Position numbers and translations under genes: made by a program | Source: a virus | Reading direction: 5' to 3' (one strand) | Virus record (IMG/VR): IMGVR_UViG_3300025424_000009 | DNA length: 64,000 nucleotides | In this document: in pieces, positions 39,433 through 49,644 of the stretch | Position numbering within the stretch: position 1 is the first letter of the stretch | Layout of the letters: every line of letters starts with the position of its first letter | Notes under the pieces: model-generated | What the model was told of the DNA's origin: nothing | Databases searched by the model: none | Seen by the model: only the letters and a program-made list of their open reading frames with translations

Positions 39433-41742
39433 ATGGCAGTATCAACTAATTCAGGTGTAAAACCTAACTTAACAGATAAGAATTTATCAGACTATCAACA
39501 GATAACCCAAGATTTATTTGGAACTGTAGACCAGTATACTAATAAGTTAAGGGATATGGATGTTAATCTTGGCAAAGTGTTTCAAAACATTGCCACTAAC
39601 TCCACTGAGATCAATAACTCTTTAAAGAGAACTATAGACTTGACAACAGGTATAGGAGATTCCTATAAGAACTATGGCAAGTTAGTTCAGAATTTATCTA
39701 AGATTGATATAGAGAATAGGAAAATAAAGGCAGCTAAAGAAGCTTTTATAATCAATCTAACCTCGCAAGGCCTAAAGATAGAAAAGGAAATCCTAAATAC
39801 AGCCTTAGAAAGTTTATCTGCAAACGAAAAGAAGCTTAGTACTACTAAAATTCAAATATCAGAGCAGGAAGAATTACAAAGACTTGCTAAGGGAAATGCT
39901 ACTATTCAAGCAACATCTGGAGCGAAGCTAAAAGAATTAAAAGAAGAAGATGAAAAATTAACTAGAGAAAGAGAAGCTCTAGAAAGTAAGTTATTAGAAA
40001 TGCTTGGTGGGCAAAACAGCTCTTACGCCGAACAAAATCTAATAAAACTACAGTTAATTGATGCTGAAATAATAGCAGCAGATAAGGCAAAAATATTAAC
40101 TAAGGAAATTATAAAACAGAATGGGTTTTATGGGCAGTTTTATGATATCTACGAAAAGATATCTAAGATAACCCCTTTAGCAGGTTTAGCTTCAGCATTC
40201 AGTCTAGCGTCTGTAGTAAAGACTCTAACAGACTACGTATTTAAAATAGATAAGTACTCTACTGATATTGCTAATAGCTCTGGGGTAACAAAAGACTTTG
40301 CACAAAAAGTAAGCATATATTATGCCGATTCATCCTCAACACTAAGTGTAACTAACGCGTATCTAGATAAATCTCTTCTAAACCTTAAAGCACAAGCAGA
40401 GGCTCAGGATCAATTACAAAAGTCTACAGGCCAAATGGCATTGTACACAGAAGATAGTGTACAGTCACAAATATATCTCACTAAACAACTGGGGTTACAA
40501 GGTGATGAAGCAGCTCGTATAGCACAGCTTGGATTATTAAACAAAACCAGTACCCAAGATGTAACAGATAACGTAGCTGACCAAGTAGCTAACTTCAATA
40601 AATCAAGCGGCTTAAATCTAAGTATACGTGATGTATTAAAGGATGTAGCAAAGGTCAGTGGAGTTATTGCAGCTAACTATGACAATAACCCTAAAGCCAT
40701 AGCTAGAGCCGTTGCTCAAGCCAAGTCACTGGGGGTATCTTTACAAGAAGCCTCAGCAGCATCAAGGTCTTTACTTGACTTTGAATCTTCTATTGAGAAT
40801 GAACTAGAAGCCGAACTCTTAACAGGTAAAGCTTTTAATCTAGAAAAAGCTAGAGCATTAGCTTTAAGTGGAGATTCAGCAGGGGCACTAGAGGAAGAGT
40901 TAAAGAATGTAGGTTCTCTAGCTGAATTCCAAAGGCAAAATGTAGTAGCCAAGGAAGCAGAAGCTAAGGCTATAGGAATGACAGTAGACCAACTCTCTGA
41001 TGCATTACATCAGCAAGAGGTGTTGAAGGGTTCTACAATTGAGACTAAAAAAGCCTACGAAGAAATTCTAAAGAGTATAAAAGGATCTTCAGAAGAAACT
41101 AAATATAGAGCTGAACTAAATTCAGCTATGAATGGTGCAGACCTTCAAGCTAAGACAAGTTTAGTATCTAAGCAATTAGAGTTTGAAGAATCTATGGAAA
41201 GAGTAAAGGATACATTCAGTGGTATAGTATCTGGGCCTTTAGGTAAGATGGTAGGTGCATTTGTTGATGTATTAAATACTACAGGAGGTATTACTGCTGC
41301 CTTAACTCTAGGAGCTGCTTATATGGGTTTTACAGCAGCAAGAGCTATAGCTACAGCTTTTGCAACAGAAGCAACAGCAGCAGCTATAGGTAATTGGGCA
41401 GGAGCAGCAGCAGGGGCAGTAGCACTAACATATGCAGTAACACAGCTTAATTCAACACCTCCTCCAATAAACGTACATGATGCCTTGATAGGACCTACAG
41501 GAGGTATAATGATTCAAACTGCTGAAGGACAGTTAGTTAAACCTAGTCCGAGAGACTCTGTACTAGTAGCACCTAATGCAGCAGATGCAATAGGAGGAGG
41601 TTCTAGTAACTCTCAAAGCAATTCAAGAATGGAATCCTTACTAGCTGGTATACTTAATGTAGTATCAAGACCAGGAGGTGTATATCTAGATTCCTCAAAA
41701 GTTGGTACTAGTATGGGCTTATCTTATTCCGTATATGCATAG
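39433..41742 (+). CDS. tape measure protein
   Basis: Long helical protein, LLDFESSIENELEAELLTGK..NLEKARALAL motif, Ala/Gly-rich hydrophobic C-terminal region; follows chaperone. Confidence 0.85.
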   Translation: MAVSTNSGVKPNLTDKNLSDYQQITQDLFGTVDQYTNKLRDMDVNLGKVFQNIATNSTEINNSLKRTIDLTTGIGDSYKNYGKLVQNLSKIDIENRKIKAAKEAFIINLTSQGLKIEKEILNTALESLSANEKKLSTTKIQISEQEELQRLAKGNATIQATSGAKLKELKEEDEKLTREREALESKLLEMLGGQNSSYAEQNLIKLQLIDAEIIAADKAKILTKEIIKQNGFYGQFYDIYEKISKITPLAGLASAFSLASVVKTLTDYVFKIDKYSTDIANSSGVTKDFAQKVSIYYADSSSTLSVTNAYLDKSLLNLKAQAEAQDQLQKSTGQMALYTEDSVQSQIYLTKQLGLQGDEAARIAQLGLLNKTSTQDVTDNVADQVANFNKSSGLNLSIRDVLKDVAKVSGVIAANYDNNPKAIARAVAQAKSLGVSLQEASAASRSLLDFESSIENELEAELLTGKAFNLEKARALALSGDSAGALEEELKNVGSLAEFQRQNVVAKEAEAKAIGMTVDQLSDALHQQEVLKGSTIETKKAYEEILKSIKGSSEETKYRAELNSAMNGADLQAKTSLVSKQLEFEESMERVKDTFSGIVSGPLGKMVGAFVDVLNTTGGITAALTLGAAYMGFTAARAIATAFATEATAAAIGNWAGAAAGAVALTYAVTQLNSTPPPINVHDALIGPTGGIMIQTAEGQLVKPSPRDSVLVAPNAADAIGGGSSNSQSNSRMESLLAGILNVVSRPGGVYLDSSKVGTSMGLSYSVYA

Positions 41743-41746
41743 TCTG

Positions 41747-41754
41747 ATATTTAT
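41747..41754 (+). promoter_or_regulatory. putative late promoter core ATATTTAT
   Basis: Intergenic, upstream of 41770. Confidence 0.55.
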
Positions 41755-41769
41755 AATAAAACAATAATC

Positions 41770-41988
41770 ATGTCATTAATTGATACTATCAAACAATCAA
41801 ATCTTAACTATCAGGGAGGTACTCCACAATCAATGTTAATTGTGCCAGATACCCTCAATGATACATCTACGATTTTAGGTATTCCAGCTTTCTCTACTTA
41901 TCAGCGTGCTTTTTTAAGAAAGCTTAAGCCTACTAAGCTGGCTGCCAACTTTTATCCTAAGCATTACTTAGATAATCCACCTAAATAA
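41770..41988 (+). CDS. small hypothetical protein
   Basis: 72-aa ORF behind late motif. Confidence 0.6.
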   Translation: MSLIDTIKQSNLNYQGGTPQSMLIVPDTLNDTSTILGIPAFSTYQRAFLRKLKPTKLAANFYPKHYLDNPPK

Positions 41989-41995
41989 AAATCTT

Positions 41996-43609
41996 TTGCC
42001 GAACCCTACTCTTTCTGAATTAGTAACCAACCTAAGCACCTTCAACTATTACTCTGGTAAAGGAAACTTCACCAAGAATAAAGTTGGTGACTTCAATCAT
42101 GTACCGATTGAAGAGGTGCTTGCTTTGCAATATCTAGAAAAGAAATCTGCTAACTATCTAAGTAAGCTTTTTAATCCTAGTCAAAGCTACGGAGGACCTA
42201 AACCAGATTATAAAGGTGCCGGTAATGCTGATAACAGCATAGAAGGTAGTGTCGGTACAAGTAACATCCTAGATTTACTAACAGCTATGACGCTTGGGGG
42301 TAATAAGACTTTCCCTAAGCTGCAAAAGGGGGATGTCTACAAATCAGAGAAAGACCTATATAGCTTCAAGAATAATGATGGTATACTAGGATTCTTAGAT
42401 TCAACAACCACTGTAAAATCTTATGCCAGTACCTTTGCTGCTAAGGATGCATCAGCTACCTCAGAAGCTAATGTGGTAGTAATTCCAGAAGAAGATATAC
42501 TAAACATAGACCCTGACACATCTATATTAAGTACACCTTCTACTAAGGGTGTACCTTTTGATTTTTCAATACAAGACTTCAGGGCGTATAAAAAAATTAT
42601 CAACCCAAATGCTTTTCCTGATTACGTACCTAATGTAGGACCTGGAATAGTAAATGGTGCTTATAAAGGTACTAGAATAGTATTAGATACTGCTGAAAAT
42701 GCTCGTAAATATAACATATACAACAGGCTAGGTATTATAAATACCAATAACCAAGATGGATTTGGGACTGTATATCAAGATAGGTTAAATGCACTTAGCT
42801 TATATTATGGAGGAGGTGCTAATGGTCTTAGAAATGAACTGTCTGATATGAATGGTTACAATGTAACTAAAGATACTATCAGAGATCTTATAAAATTCAG
42901 GATAAAAGCTATAGATAATGATCACATAGGTAGTGGAGTATTCATGGTATTTAGAGCGTTCCTTAATGGAGCTATTACAGATAGTATTACCCCTACTTGG
43001 AATCCTATTAAGTATACAGGACGAGGTGAATCATTTTATTCTTATGATGGAGTAACTAGCACTATTAGTTTTAGTTTTACAATAGCAGCGTTGTCTAGGC
43101 AAGAAATGAAACCTCTTTATCAAAAGTTAACTTACCTGAAGTCTATCATGTACCCAGACTATAAGGCTAATAAAATGAGGGGTACCGTCATAGAACTTAC
43201 CATCGGTGATTATATTAAGTATCAACCAGGTATTATTAACTCATTGAGTATAACTATACCTGAAAATACTCAATGGGAGATAGCTCTGAATTCTCCTGAT
43301 TTAGAAAATAAAAATAAATCTTTAGATGATGATATGCATGAACTTCCTATGATGCTTAAAGTGGACATGGAGTTTATACCTATATGGAATTTCCTACCTC
43401 AAAAATCTAAGGTAAGCAGTAATGAAGCTAAACTTACACCATTCATAGGAATTGACAAGTCAATAAATGATAGAAATAATGAATGGAGTTACAGTTCCAC
43501 TTTAGAAGAAAATGGTAAGCCAAAATACACCACACCACCTAATGATTCCAAAGCAATAGCCCCACAGGTAAATACCAGTACATCTGGCAATAACACTCAG
43601 GGAAAATAA
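41996..43609 (+). CDS. baseplate / tail-tube initiator-like protein
   Basis: C-terminal FRAFL..ITDS.TPTWN..KYTGRGE.FY.YDG...ISFSF, ELTIGDY...PG.I.SL motifs; position after tape measure. Confidence 0.65.
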   Translation: MPNPTLSELVTNLSTFNYYSGKGNFTKNKVGDFNHVPIEEVLALQYLEKKSANYLSKLFNPSQSYGGPKPDYKGAGNADNSIEGSVGTSNILDLLTAMTLGGNKTFPKLQKGDVYKSEKDLYSFKNNDGILGFLDSTTTVKSYASTFAAKDASATSEANVVVIPEEDILNIDPDTSILSTPSTKGVPFDFSIQDFRAYKKIINPNAFPDYVPNVGPGIVNGAYKGTRIVLDTAENARKYNIYNRLGIINTNNQDGFGTVYQDRLNALSLYYGGGANGLRNELSDMNGYNVTKDTIRDLIKFRIKAIDNDHIGSGVFMVFRAFLNGAITDSITPTWNPIKYTGRGESFYSYDGVTSTISFSFTIAALSRQEMKPLYQKLTYLKSIMYPDYKANKMRGTVIELTIGDYIKYQPGIINSLSITIPENTQWEIALNSPDLENKNKSLDDDMHELPMMLKVDMEFIPIWNFLPQKSKVSSNEAKLTPFIGIDKSINDRNNEWSYSSTLEENGKPKYTTPPNDSKAIAPQVNTSTSGNNTQGK

Positions 43610-43612
43610 TAT

Positions 43613-43643
43613 TTTGTAGTTTAGATATTAAGTATTATATTTG
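43613..43643 (+). promoter_or_regulatory. Bacteroidota-type sigma70 promoter with no downstream ORF
   Basis: TTTG (43613) - 19 nt - TATATTTG (43636..43643). Confidence 0.65.
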
Positions 43644-43647
43644 TGTT

Positions 43648-43724
43648 TTGGTAATTCATTTTAATTAGGGATTTGTTACCCCTACACCCACTTGGATTTC
43701 TGCCCTCATGTGGGCTTTTTATTT
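43648..43724 (+). ncRNA. candidate small RNA / attenuator between host promoter and terminator
   Basis: No ORF; TAGGG/CCCTA hairpin; alternative CCCAC/GTGGG and GCCC/GGGC stems; ends in T-run. Confidence 0.35.
43702..43724 (+). terminator. possible intrinsic terminator
   Basis: GCCC-TCATGT-GGGC followed by TTTTTATTT (short stem). Confidence 0.5.
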
Positions 43725-43729
43725 AAATG

Positions 43730-43737
43730 ATATTTAT
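43730..43737 (+). promoter_or_regulatory. putative late promoter core ATATTTAT
   Basis: 4 nt upstream of ATG 43742. Confidence 0.55.
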
Positions 43738-43741
43738 ATAC

Positions 43742-44044
43742 ATGAACAGATACCAATCTTTACCTACCCTAACCGACAATCTAGGCCGGAGGTATATGAA
43801 AACTCCTAAGTACCCTCAAATACCCTTGTCATCCAATGACATATATATAATGAGTGTAGCTGGAGATAGGGTAGATCAATATGCCAATGATTATTACAGT
43901 GATGTAGAAGACTATTGGATAATCAATGTAGCTAACGGATTTCTAGGAGATAGCCTATATATTCAACCTGGGATACAGGTACGAATTCCTCAAGATATAA
44001 TTACCATAAAAAGAAACTATAACAAACTAAACGGTATAGACTAA
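43742..44044 (+). CDS. baseplate LysM-like / gpX-gp53-like protein
   Basis: GDRVDQYANDYY.D..DYWII..AN...PG.QVRIP; ATG 43742 preferred over 43727, which lies in the promoter motif. Confidence 0.75.
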   Translation: MNRYQSLPTLTDNLGRRYMKTPKYPQIPLSSNDIYIMSVAGDRVDQYANDYYSDVEDYWIINVANGFLGDSLYIQPGIQVRIPQDIITIKRNYNKLNGID

Positions 44045-44045
44045 G

Positions 44046-47000
44046 ATGAGTATTTTTAAATCAACCTTCCCTCCATTTGTATCTAGACAACTATTAGCCC
44101 GTCAACATCTATTACAGGATGGGGATAATTCAGCTACGCGTACACGTAATGTACAGCACTATACATCTAGTAAGACAGCATGGGCAAGGATGGTATCTTT
44201 AGTTAATTACGATGATGGTGGTAATGGGACATTTACAGATGCATTAGCTAGGAAGTATGTACTAGAAGCAGGAACTTTATATACAGACCCGACTGATAAC
44301 AATGTATTTGGACTAAGAAGTGGAGTAGGTACCAGTAAAGGTTCATATGCAGGGGATTATTCAAAGAAGGCTAGGCCACTAGGTATAAGACCTATGCCCG
44401 GCATAGTATCTTTTGACATAGTTAATAAAGGTGCTTTTGGTTCACTTAGGCAAGCCACTATCAGATTTAAGGCTTGGGATAAAAATCAACTAGATGATTT
44501 AGAAGTATTGTTTATGAGAACAGGTTTTTGGGTTACCCTTGAATGGGGTTGGTCTATGTACCTTAATACGTATAAAGAAAGTGATGCAACAGCCTCTGAT
44601 TCAAATGCTTTGAAGGTGTCTGATAGTGAGTTGAAGGGTTATATAGATAAACAAATGCAAACTTTCAAGGACCCTTCCCTAGATCCTTTTGACTCATCTT
44701 TGTCTTTAGAGGATATTTACGACAAGATGGAAGGTTATCGAGCTAAGTTTTGCGGTAATTACGATGGGTTAATAGGCTGCGTAGAAAATTTCACTTTTGA
44801 ATTGATGCCGGATGGAAGTTACGACTGCACTACTGTACTGATTAGTATAGGTAATGTACTAGATAGCTTAAAAATGAACAGACCTAGCTCTAAAGAAATA
44901 GATACTATAAAAACAAACTTCTCCACCACCATGGATAATTTTGTTAATATGCCTATTGGAGAGTTTATAACAAAAGTTCTGGATGGTAATGAGCCTCCAC
45001 GAGGATTGAATACAAACACGTTTATAGATGTAAATACACATACACTCCCTTCTGTATTTAATGGAGATCAACCTAAACCGACACAAGGATCCAATGCACA
45101 AAAGAATGCAATGAAACCTGTGTATATACAGTTTGCATATCTTATTTATATTATTAACATCAAACATAACCTATACGATAGTAAGAAAAACAAATATCTA
45201 AACATCATACCACCATTACCTACTCCTGATAACGAAGATATAGGACTTTGTCTAGCATCTGTGGATAGTGTATCTATTGACCCTCGAAATGTACTAATAA
45301 ACAATACTAGTGCTACCTTTGTTACTGGTATTAATCCAGGAGATACACAAGGGGGATTTGATATAAATGCAGTGATAAATTCACTTGTTTGTGACACTAA
45401 TCTTCAAACCCAATCACCTACTAATGCATCGAGTTATGTACAACTGAACGGTGATAGAATGAAAGATTATCTAGTAGAGGGAGAGCCTAAAGGACACTCA
45501 TTAGGTTATATAGGCAACATATATCTAAATGTGCAGCATGTCAAAGATGTGTTTGAAGATATGATTACAAGCAATAAAAGCTATAGTGGTGATGTAGGTA
45601 TAAGAGCTTTTATAAAAAAACTTTTAGAGGAGATGTCCTATGCACTTGGGGGTATAAATGACTTCGACATATTTGTAACTGAGAATATAATACAAATCAT
45701 AGATAAGAATTATTGTGAACGTACTGCTAAGAGTAATAAGAACACTAAATTCATGTTGAATGTTATGGGTAACAATTCGATTGTAAGGAACTTTAAAATA
45801 TACTCAAAGATATTTCAATCACAAGCCACTGAAATAGCTATAGCTGCACAAGCTAGACCTAATCTAGGTGGTATTTATACAGCCACTCAACAACAGTTCA
45901 ATAAAAACCTATCATCTAGGATATATCACTCACTTAAAACAGAAGAGGAATTAAACAGTTCGACTACCCCTGCACCTCAATCACAAGCTGCTAACATAGA
46001 TAAAACTAAAGAAAAAAAGGAAACCTCCGACCACCTTATTGAGATTGCAAAAAATACCCTTAAATTAAGGCAGTATTTAAGCTTATTCCTACAAGGGTAT
46101 CACTATCCCCCACCTGAGCAAATATCTACAGCTAACACATACTTAAAATCAGTTTTAATAGAGGTTAACCAAGACTCTAACTTTAGAGCACCTATCCCAC
46201 TATCTCTAGAAGTAACTCTAGATGGCATATCAGGAATGATTATAGGACAGATTTTTACTGTAAATACAGATATATTACCACAAGACTATGCTAGAAATGC
46301 ACTTGGATTTATGGTAACAGCTTTGCAGCAACATGTAAAAGGGTCTGATTGGACTACGGTAATAGGGACTAAACCTGTACTGCTTAATCAAGGTAATTTA
46401 GGTAATCCTAAAGATGTTGATTATGTAAAAGGACTTGTAGCTACAGAAGTTTCAAATCAAGTGACTGAGAATTTAAAAACAGCAATAGCAGCTACACAAG
46501 CTTATTTAAGGGTGATGTGCTTTGTTAAATTATACTTTGAAAAAGGTATAGATATAACAGGTGTAATAAATAGAACACACAAGAGTACAACACCAGTACT
46601 TACATTTTTTAATAGTGACCCAACAGCAGAGGATGTAAAGTACACTTTAGAAAATATAAGCACTGCACCTATTAAAGGGACTAGAGCTAATAACATATTT
46701 GAAAGCAGAACTAATAACAGTCTAAGCTATAGTCAAATAGAAGGGTTAATGTCTGATGTAAGAAGTGCCTTGATTAAAAATGTTGATAATGACAAGATTA
46801 TAAAAGCGTTTTTAGAGAAGAACAGTATTACAAATTCATCTGAAAAAATAAAAGAAGTACAAGGTATCATTACTGATAAGTCTAATGTTAAGGTAAACTT
46901 TACAGATTTAAGTTATCAATTATCCCCTACTGAAGATGTCTTTGTACAAATAATAGAATCTTTACCAGATTATAATTTATTACCTTCTTACCTAAAAAAT

Positions 47001-47207
47001 AAAGCTGCATCTATCATAAACAGATTGGTTAAACATGGAGCAGATCATACTGCAAATGTATACGGTTTAAAAGTAAATGCAGATTCTAATGGTACAAACT
47101 TATCTTACATAGAAGATGCTTCAATAGGACAGATGAGTATAAGGTCTGAATCTTATTTCTCAGGTGTCATTACACCCAATTATGCTAAACTTCCTGAAAT
47201 AAATTAA
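44046..47207 (+). CDS. baseplate hub-like protein
   Basis: RPMPGI, GSLRQATI.FKAW..QLDDLE.LFMRTGF.V.LEWGW, NYDG.IG...NF, IPLSLEVTLDGISG..IGQIF motifs. Confidence 0.7.
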   Translation: MSIFKSTFPPFVSRQLLARQHLLQDGDNSATRTRNVQHYTSSKTAWARMVSLVNYDDGGNGTFTDALARKYVLEAGTLYTDPTDNNVFGLRSGVGTSKGSYAGDYSKKARPLGIRPMPGIVSFDIVNKGAFGSLRQATIRFKAWDKNQLDDLEVLFMRTGFWVTLEWGWSMYLNTYKESDATASDSNALKVSDSELKGYIDKQMQTFKDPSLDPFDSSLSLEDIYDKMEGYRAKFCGNYDGLIGCVENFTFELMPDGSYDCTTVLISIGNVLDSLKMNRPSSKEIDTIKTNFSTTMDNFVNMPIGEFITKVLDGNEPPRGLNTNTFIDVNTHTLPSVFNGDQPKPTQGSNAQKNAMKPVYIQFAYLIYIINIKHNLYDSKKNKYLNIIPPLPTPDNEDIGLCLASVDSVSIDPRNVLINNTSATFVTGINPGDTQGGFDINAVINSLVCDTNLQTQSPTNASSYVQLNGDRMKDYLVEGEPKGHSLGYIGNIYLNVQHVKDVFEDMITSNKSYSGDVGIRAFIKKLLEEMSYALGGINDFDIFVTENIIQIIDKNYCERTAKSNKNTKFMLNVMGNNSIVRNFKIYSKIFQSQATEIAIAAQARPNLGGIYTATQQQFNKNLSSRIYHSLKTEEELNSSTTPAPQSQAANIDKTKEKKETSDHLIEIAKNTLKLRQYLSLFLQGYHYPPPEQISTANTYLKSVLIEVNQDSNFRAPIPLSLEVTLDGISGMIIGQIFTVNTDILPQDYARNALGFMVTALQQHVKGSDWTTVIGTKPVLLNQGNLGNPKDVDYVKGLVATEVSNQVTENLKTAIAATQAYLRVMCFVKLYFEKGIDITGVINRTHKSTTPVLTFFNSDPTAEDVKYTLENISTAPIKGTRANNIFESRTNNSLSYSQIEGLMSDVRSALIKNVDNDKIIKAFLEKNSITNSSEKIKEVQGIITDKSNVKVNFTDLSYQLSPTEDVFVQIIESLPDYNLLPSYLKNKAASIINRLVKHGADHTANVYGLKVNADSNGTNLSYIEDASIGQMSIRSESYFSGVITPNYAKLPEIN

Positions 47208-47209
47208 AT

Positions 47210-47785
47210 ATGGCATATTACCCCCTCAATAAAATAACACCTAATCTATTCACCTCTGGTAATGAGTTCATACTCACTACATCAGGTAAAGACTATAAAG
47301 GCTACTATTACAGTGCCTATGATGGAAAGTATTTTACAGGTAAGACTGTATCCCCAGAATCAGAAGAGTTAATCAAAACGTCTGATAAGATTATACCAAG
47401 TGTAAGTCTTGCTACACAACCTTATGACAACATAAGTAAATACAGAAATAACATAACACCACCTTCATCCTCTGTGACGGTACCTACAGAACAAGATTAC
47501 GTAAATGGATATTACTACAGATACTTCAGTAAAAGAGTGAATGGTGACTTATCTACCATCATAGAGTTAAGTAAAAGTAGCTACGACTCACTTGCATCAA
47601 ATGTATTGTATAATAGAGTACAGTTAAGATGGATGATAAGAGGACCTTTGGAAGATCAGTATATTTCAGGCATGCTAGTACTAGGAGTTATTAACAGAAA
47701 CCTAAAAGAGATACAACAAGCATCTAAACAAATGCTATACTTAGATCAATATTTAATTAATCCAACACAGTATTTTAAAAAATAA
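47210..47785 (+). CDS. hypothetical baseplate-region protein
   Basis: 191-aa ORF, Tyr-rich (YKGYYY, GYYYRYF); last gene of the structural block. Confidence 0.65.
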   Translation: MAYYPLNKITPNLFTSGNEFILTTSGKDYKGYYYSAYDGKYFTGKTVSPESEELIKTSDKIIPSVSLATQPYDNISKYRNNITPPSSSVTVPTEQDYVNGYYYRYFSKRVNGDLSTIIELSKSSYDSLASNVLYNRVQLRWMIRGPLEDQYISGMLVLGVINRNLKEIQQASKQMLYLDQYLINPTQYFKK

Positions 47786-47786
47786 T

Positions 47787-47817
47787 TTTGTTGGTATTGT
47801 TATGTATGCTATATTTG
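47787..47817 (+). promoter_or_regulatory. Bacteroidota-type sigma70 promoter at start of replication module
   Basis: TTTG (47787) - 19 nt - TATATTTG (47810..47817). Confidence 0.7.
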
Positions 47818-47837
47818 CATTGTAATAAAACATATTT

Positions 47838-48170
47838 ATGGAAACAACAAGAGAGGATTGTATAGAGTTAGTAGACGAGTTAAACGCTGAATTAACTAAA
47901 GTAACTTTTTTTGAAAATTACTTTAATATAAGATTTAAATATATGACTGAAGGTTATGACGATTATATTATGTTAGGTGATATAATCTTATATACATCTC
48001 AAGATGGATGTCTATATAAGTGGCGTGATGGTCTACCTGTAGAAATTACTTTAAGAGAATACTTATTAAAAGAACTTAAAAAGTTATTATTTAACACTAG
48101 AAAGATGTCTTTTTGGGTACACAATGAATTGAAAAGTTATGAAATCAAAGAAGATAATAGCACTGATTGA
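47838..48170 (+). CDS. hypothetical protein
   Basis: 110-aa ORF after host-type promoter. Confidence 0.6.
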   Translation: METTREDCIELVDELNAELTKVTFFENYFNIRFKYMTEGYDDYIMLGDIILYTSQDGCLYKWRDGLPVEITLREYLLKELKKLLFNTRKMSFWVHNELKSYEIKEDNSTD

Positions 48171-48318
48171 GATAATACTAATAGTAATTATCTGCATGGT
48201 ACAGGTATTTCCTAACTGGAATAATAAATACACCACACCAGGTGATTTATTTTGCCTAGAGATAGTAGGGTTATTAAGTTGGAATATTTATGAAAATTTA
48301 AAAAAGAAAGTTAGCTAG
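48139..48318 (+). CDS. small membrane protein (59 aa)
   Basis: Read manually: MKSKKIIALIEIILIVIICMVQVFPNW...LSWNIYENLKKKVS; stop overlaps polymerase GTG. Confidence 0.55.
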   Translation: MKSKKIIALIEIILIVIICMVQVFPNWNNKYTTPGDLFCLEIVGLLSWNIYENLKKKVS

Positions 48319-49640
48319 TGTTTTATATAGTAGAGACAGAAGAGCAGTTACAAAAGTTTTCAGAATACAATCTGGAGAACTCATTCATTGAGCCTATCCC
48401 CTTCAATGACAACTATCACCCTGCACTAACACAAGTGTGTGCCTACTATATCAAACCTTTTCAATCCAGAACAGGATTTATCTTACCTATTTCACATTCA
48501 GAAACTTTATCATTAGATGAAGATAGGATATTACAACTATTTGCTAATAAGGTGCTCAAGGCTTACGTATTTGACTTAAAAAGGGTTATGTATCACCTTA
48601 ACTTACAAGTCCCCTTTATATGCCTTAAAACGGCTAAATTCATAGAGTCACATCAAATATTAGATTTAAAGTCTTTCAATCAGCCTATACACAACTGGTT
48701 ATATAGCCAGAATGGAGATAGGTATGATATCAATAGGATTGTACCCATATCAAAGTTAGCTGAGAAGTACGATAACTTTATTAATTCTCAAAAGAGCTTA
48801 CTTAAGAGTACAATATATACCAAGAAGCATTTTAAGTTTTACAACGAGTACGTAAATAAAGTCCTGCATGAAGTAGAAAAGCAAGGCATAAAAGTATCTA
48901 CAATTGATGTACCGAATGTAGATTACATGTATGATGGAGAAAGGGTATACACACACTATAACCAATATACACAAACAGGTCGACCTTCTAATGCATTTAA
49001 TAATGTAAACTTCGGAGCATTAAATAAAAGCGATGGGTCTAGGGAGATGATTATACCTAGTAATGACTTCTTATTAGAATTTGATTATAGTAGTTACCAT
49101 CCTAGAATATTGGCTAATTTAGTGGGGTATGACTTCAAGGGAGAAGATATACACACTCACCTAGGTAAGATGTATTTTAACACAGATGAAATCACAAAGG
49201 AACAGCATGATGAAAGTAAAAATATTACTTTTAAAATTCTTTACAATAATTCAAATGAATTCACTAACTTTGTATTCTTCAATAAGGTTCACGAATTAAC
49301 AGATAAGTTATGGTATGAATACAACAAGAAGGGATTTATAACTTCAATATTAAGTAAAAAACCTATTACAGGTATTACGAGTAAAACTCAAGTATTACCT
49401 TATCTACTTCAAGCTTATGAAACGGAGCGTAATATATGGGTAATGTTTAACTTGACGGAGTTACTAAAAGAGTTCAACAGTAAGCTAATTTTGTACACGT
49501 ATGATTCGTTCTTAATAGATTACAGTAAGGCAGATGGCAAAGACTTAATAGATAAGATAAAAGAGATTACAGACGAGGATGGTTTTGTAACTCAAGTAAA
49601 GTATGGTTATGACTACAATAATATGAAAAACATTAATTAA
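48318..49640 (+). CDS. polA: short family A DNA polymerase
   Basis: YNQYTQTGRPSN, motif A FDYSSYHPRIL, motif B SKNITFKILY, YLLQAYETE, motif C LYTYDSFLID. Confidence 0.85.
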   Translation: MFYIVETEEQLQKFSEYNLENSFIEPIPFNDNYHPALTQVCAYYIKPFQSRTGFILPISHSETLSLDEDRILQLFANKVLKAYVFDLKRVMYHLNLQVPFICLKTAKFIESHQILDLKSFNQPIHNWLYSQNGDRYDINRIVPISKLAEKYDNFINSQKSLLKSTIYTKKHFKFYNEYVNKVLHEVEKQGIKVSTIDVPNVDYMYDGERVYTHYNQYTQTGRPSNAFNNVNFGALNKSDGSREMIIPSNDFLLEFDYSSYHPRILANLVGYDFKGEDIHTHLGKMYFNTDEITKEQHDESKNITFKILYNNSNEFTNFVFFNKVHELTDKLWYEYNKKGFITSILSKKPITGITSKTQVLPYLLQAYETERNIWVMFNLTELLKEFNSKLILYTYDSFLIDYSKADGKDLIDKIKEITDEDGFVTQVKYGYDYNNMKNIN

Positions 49641-49644
49641 AAAG

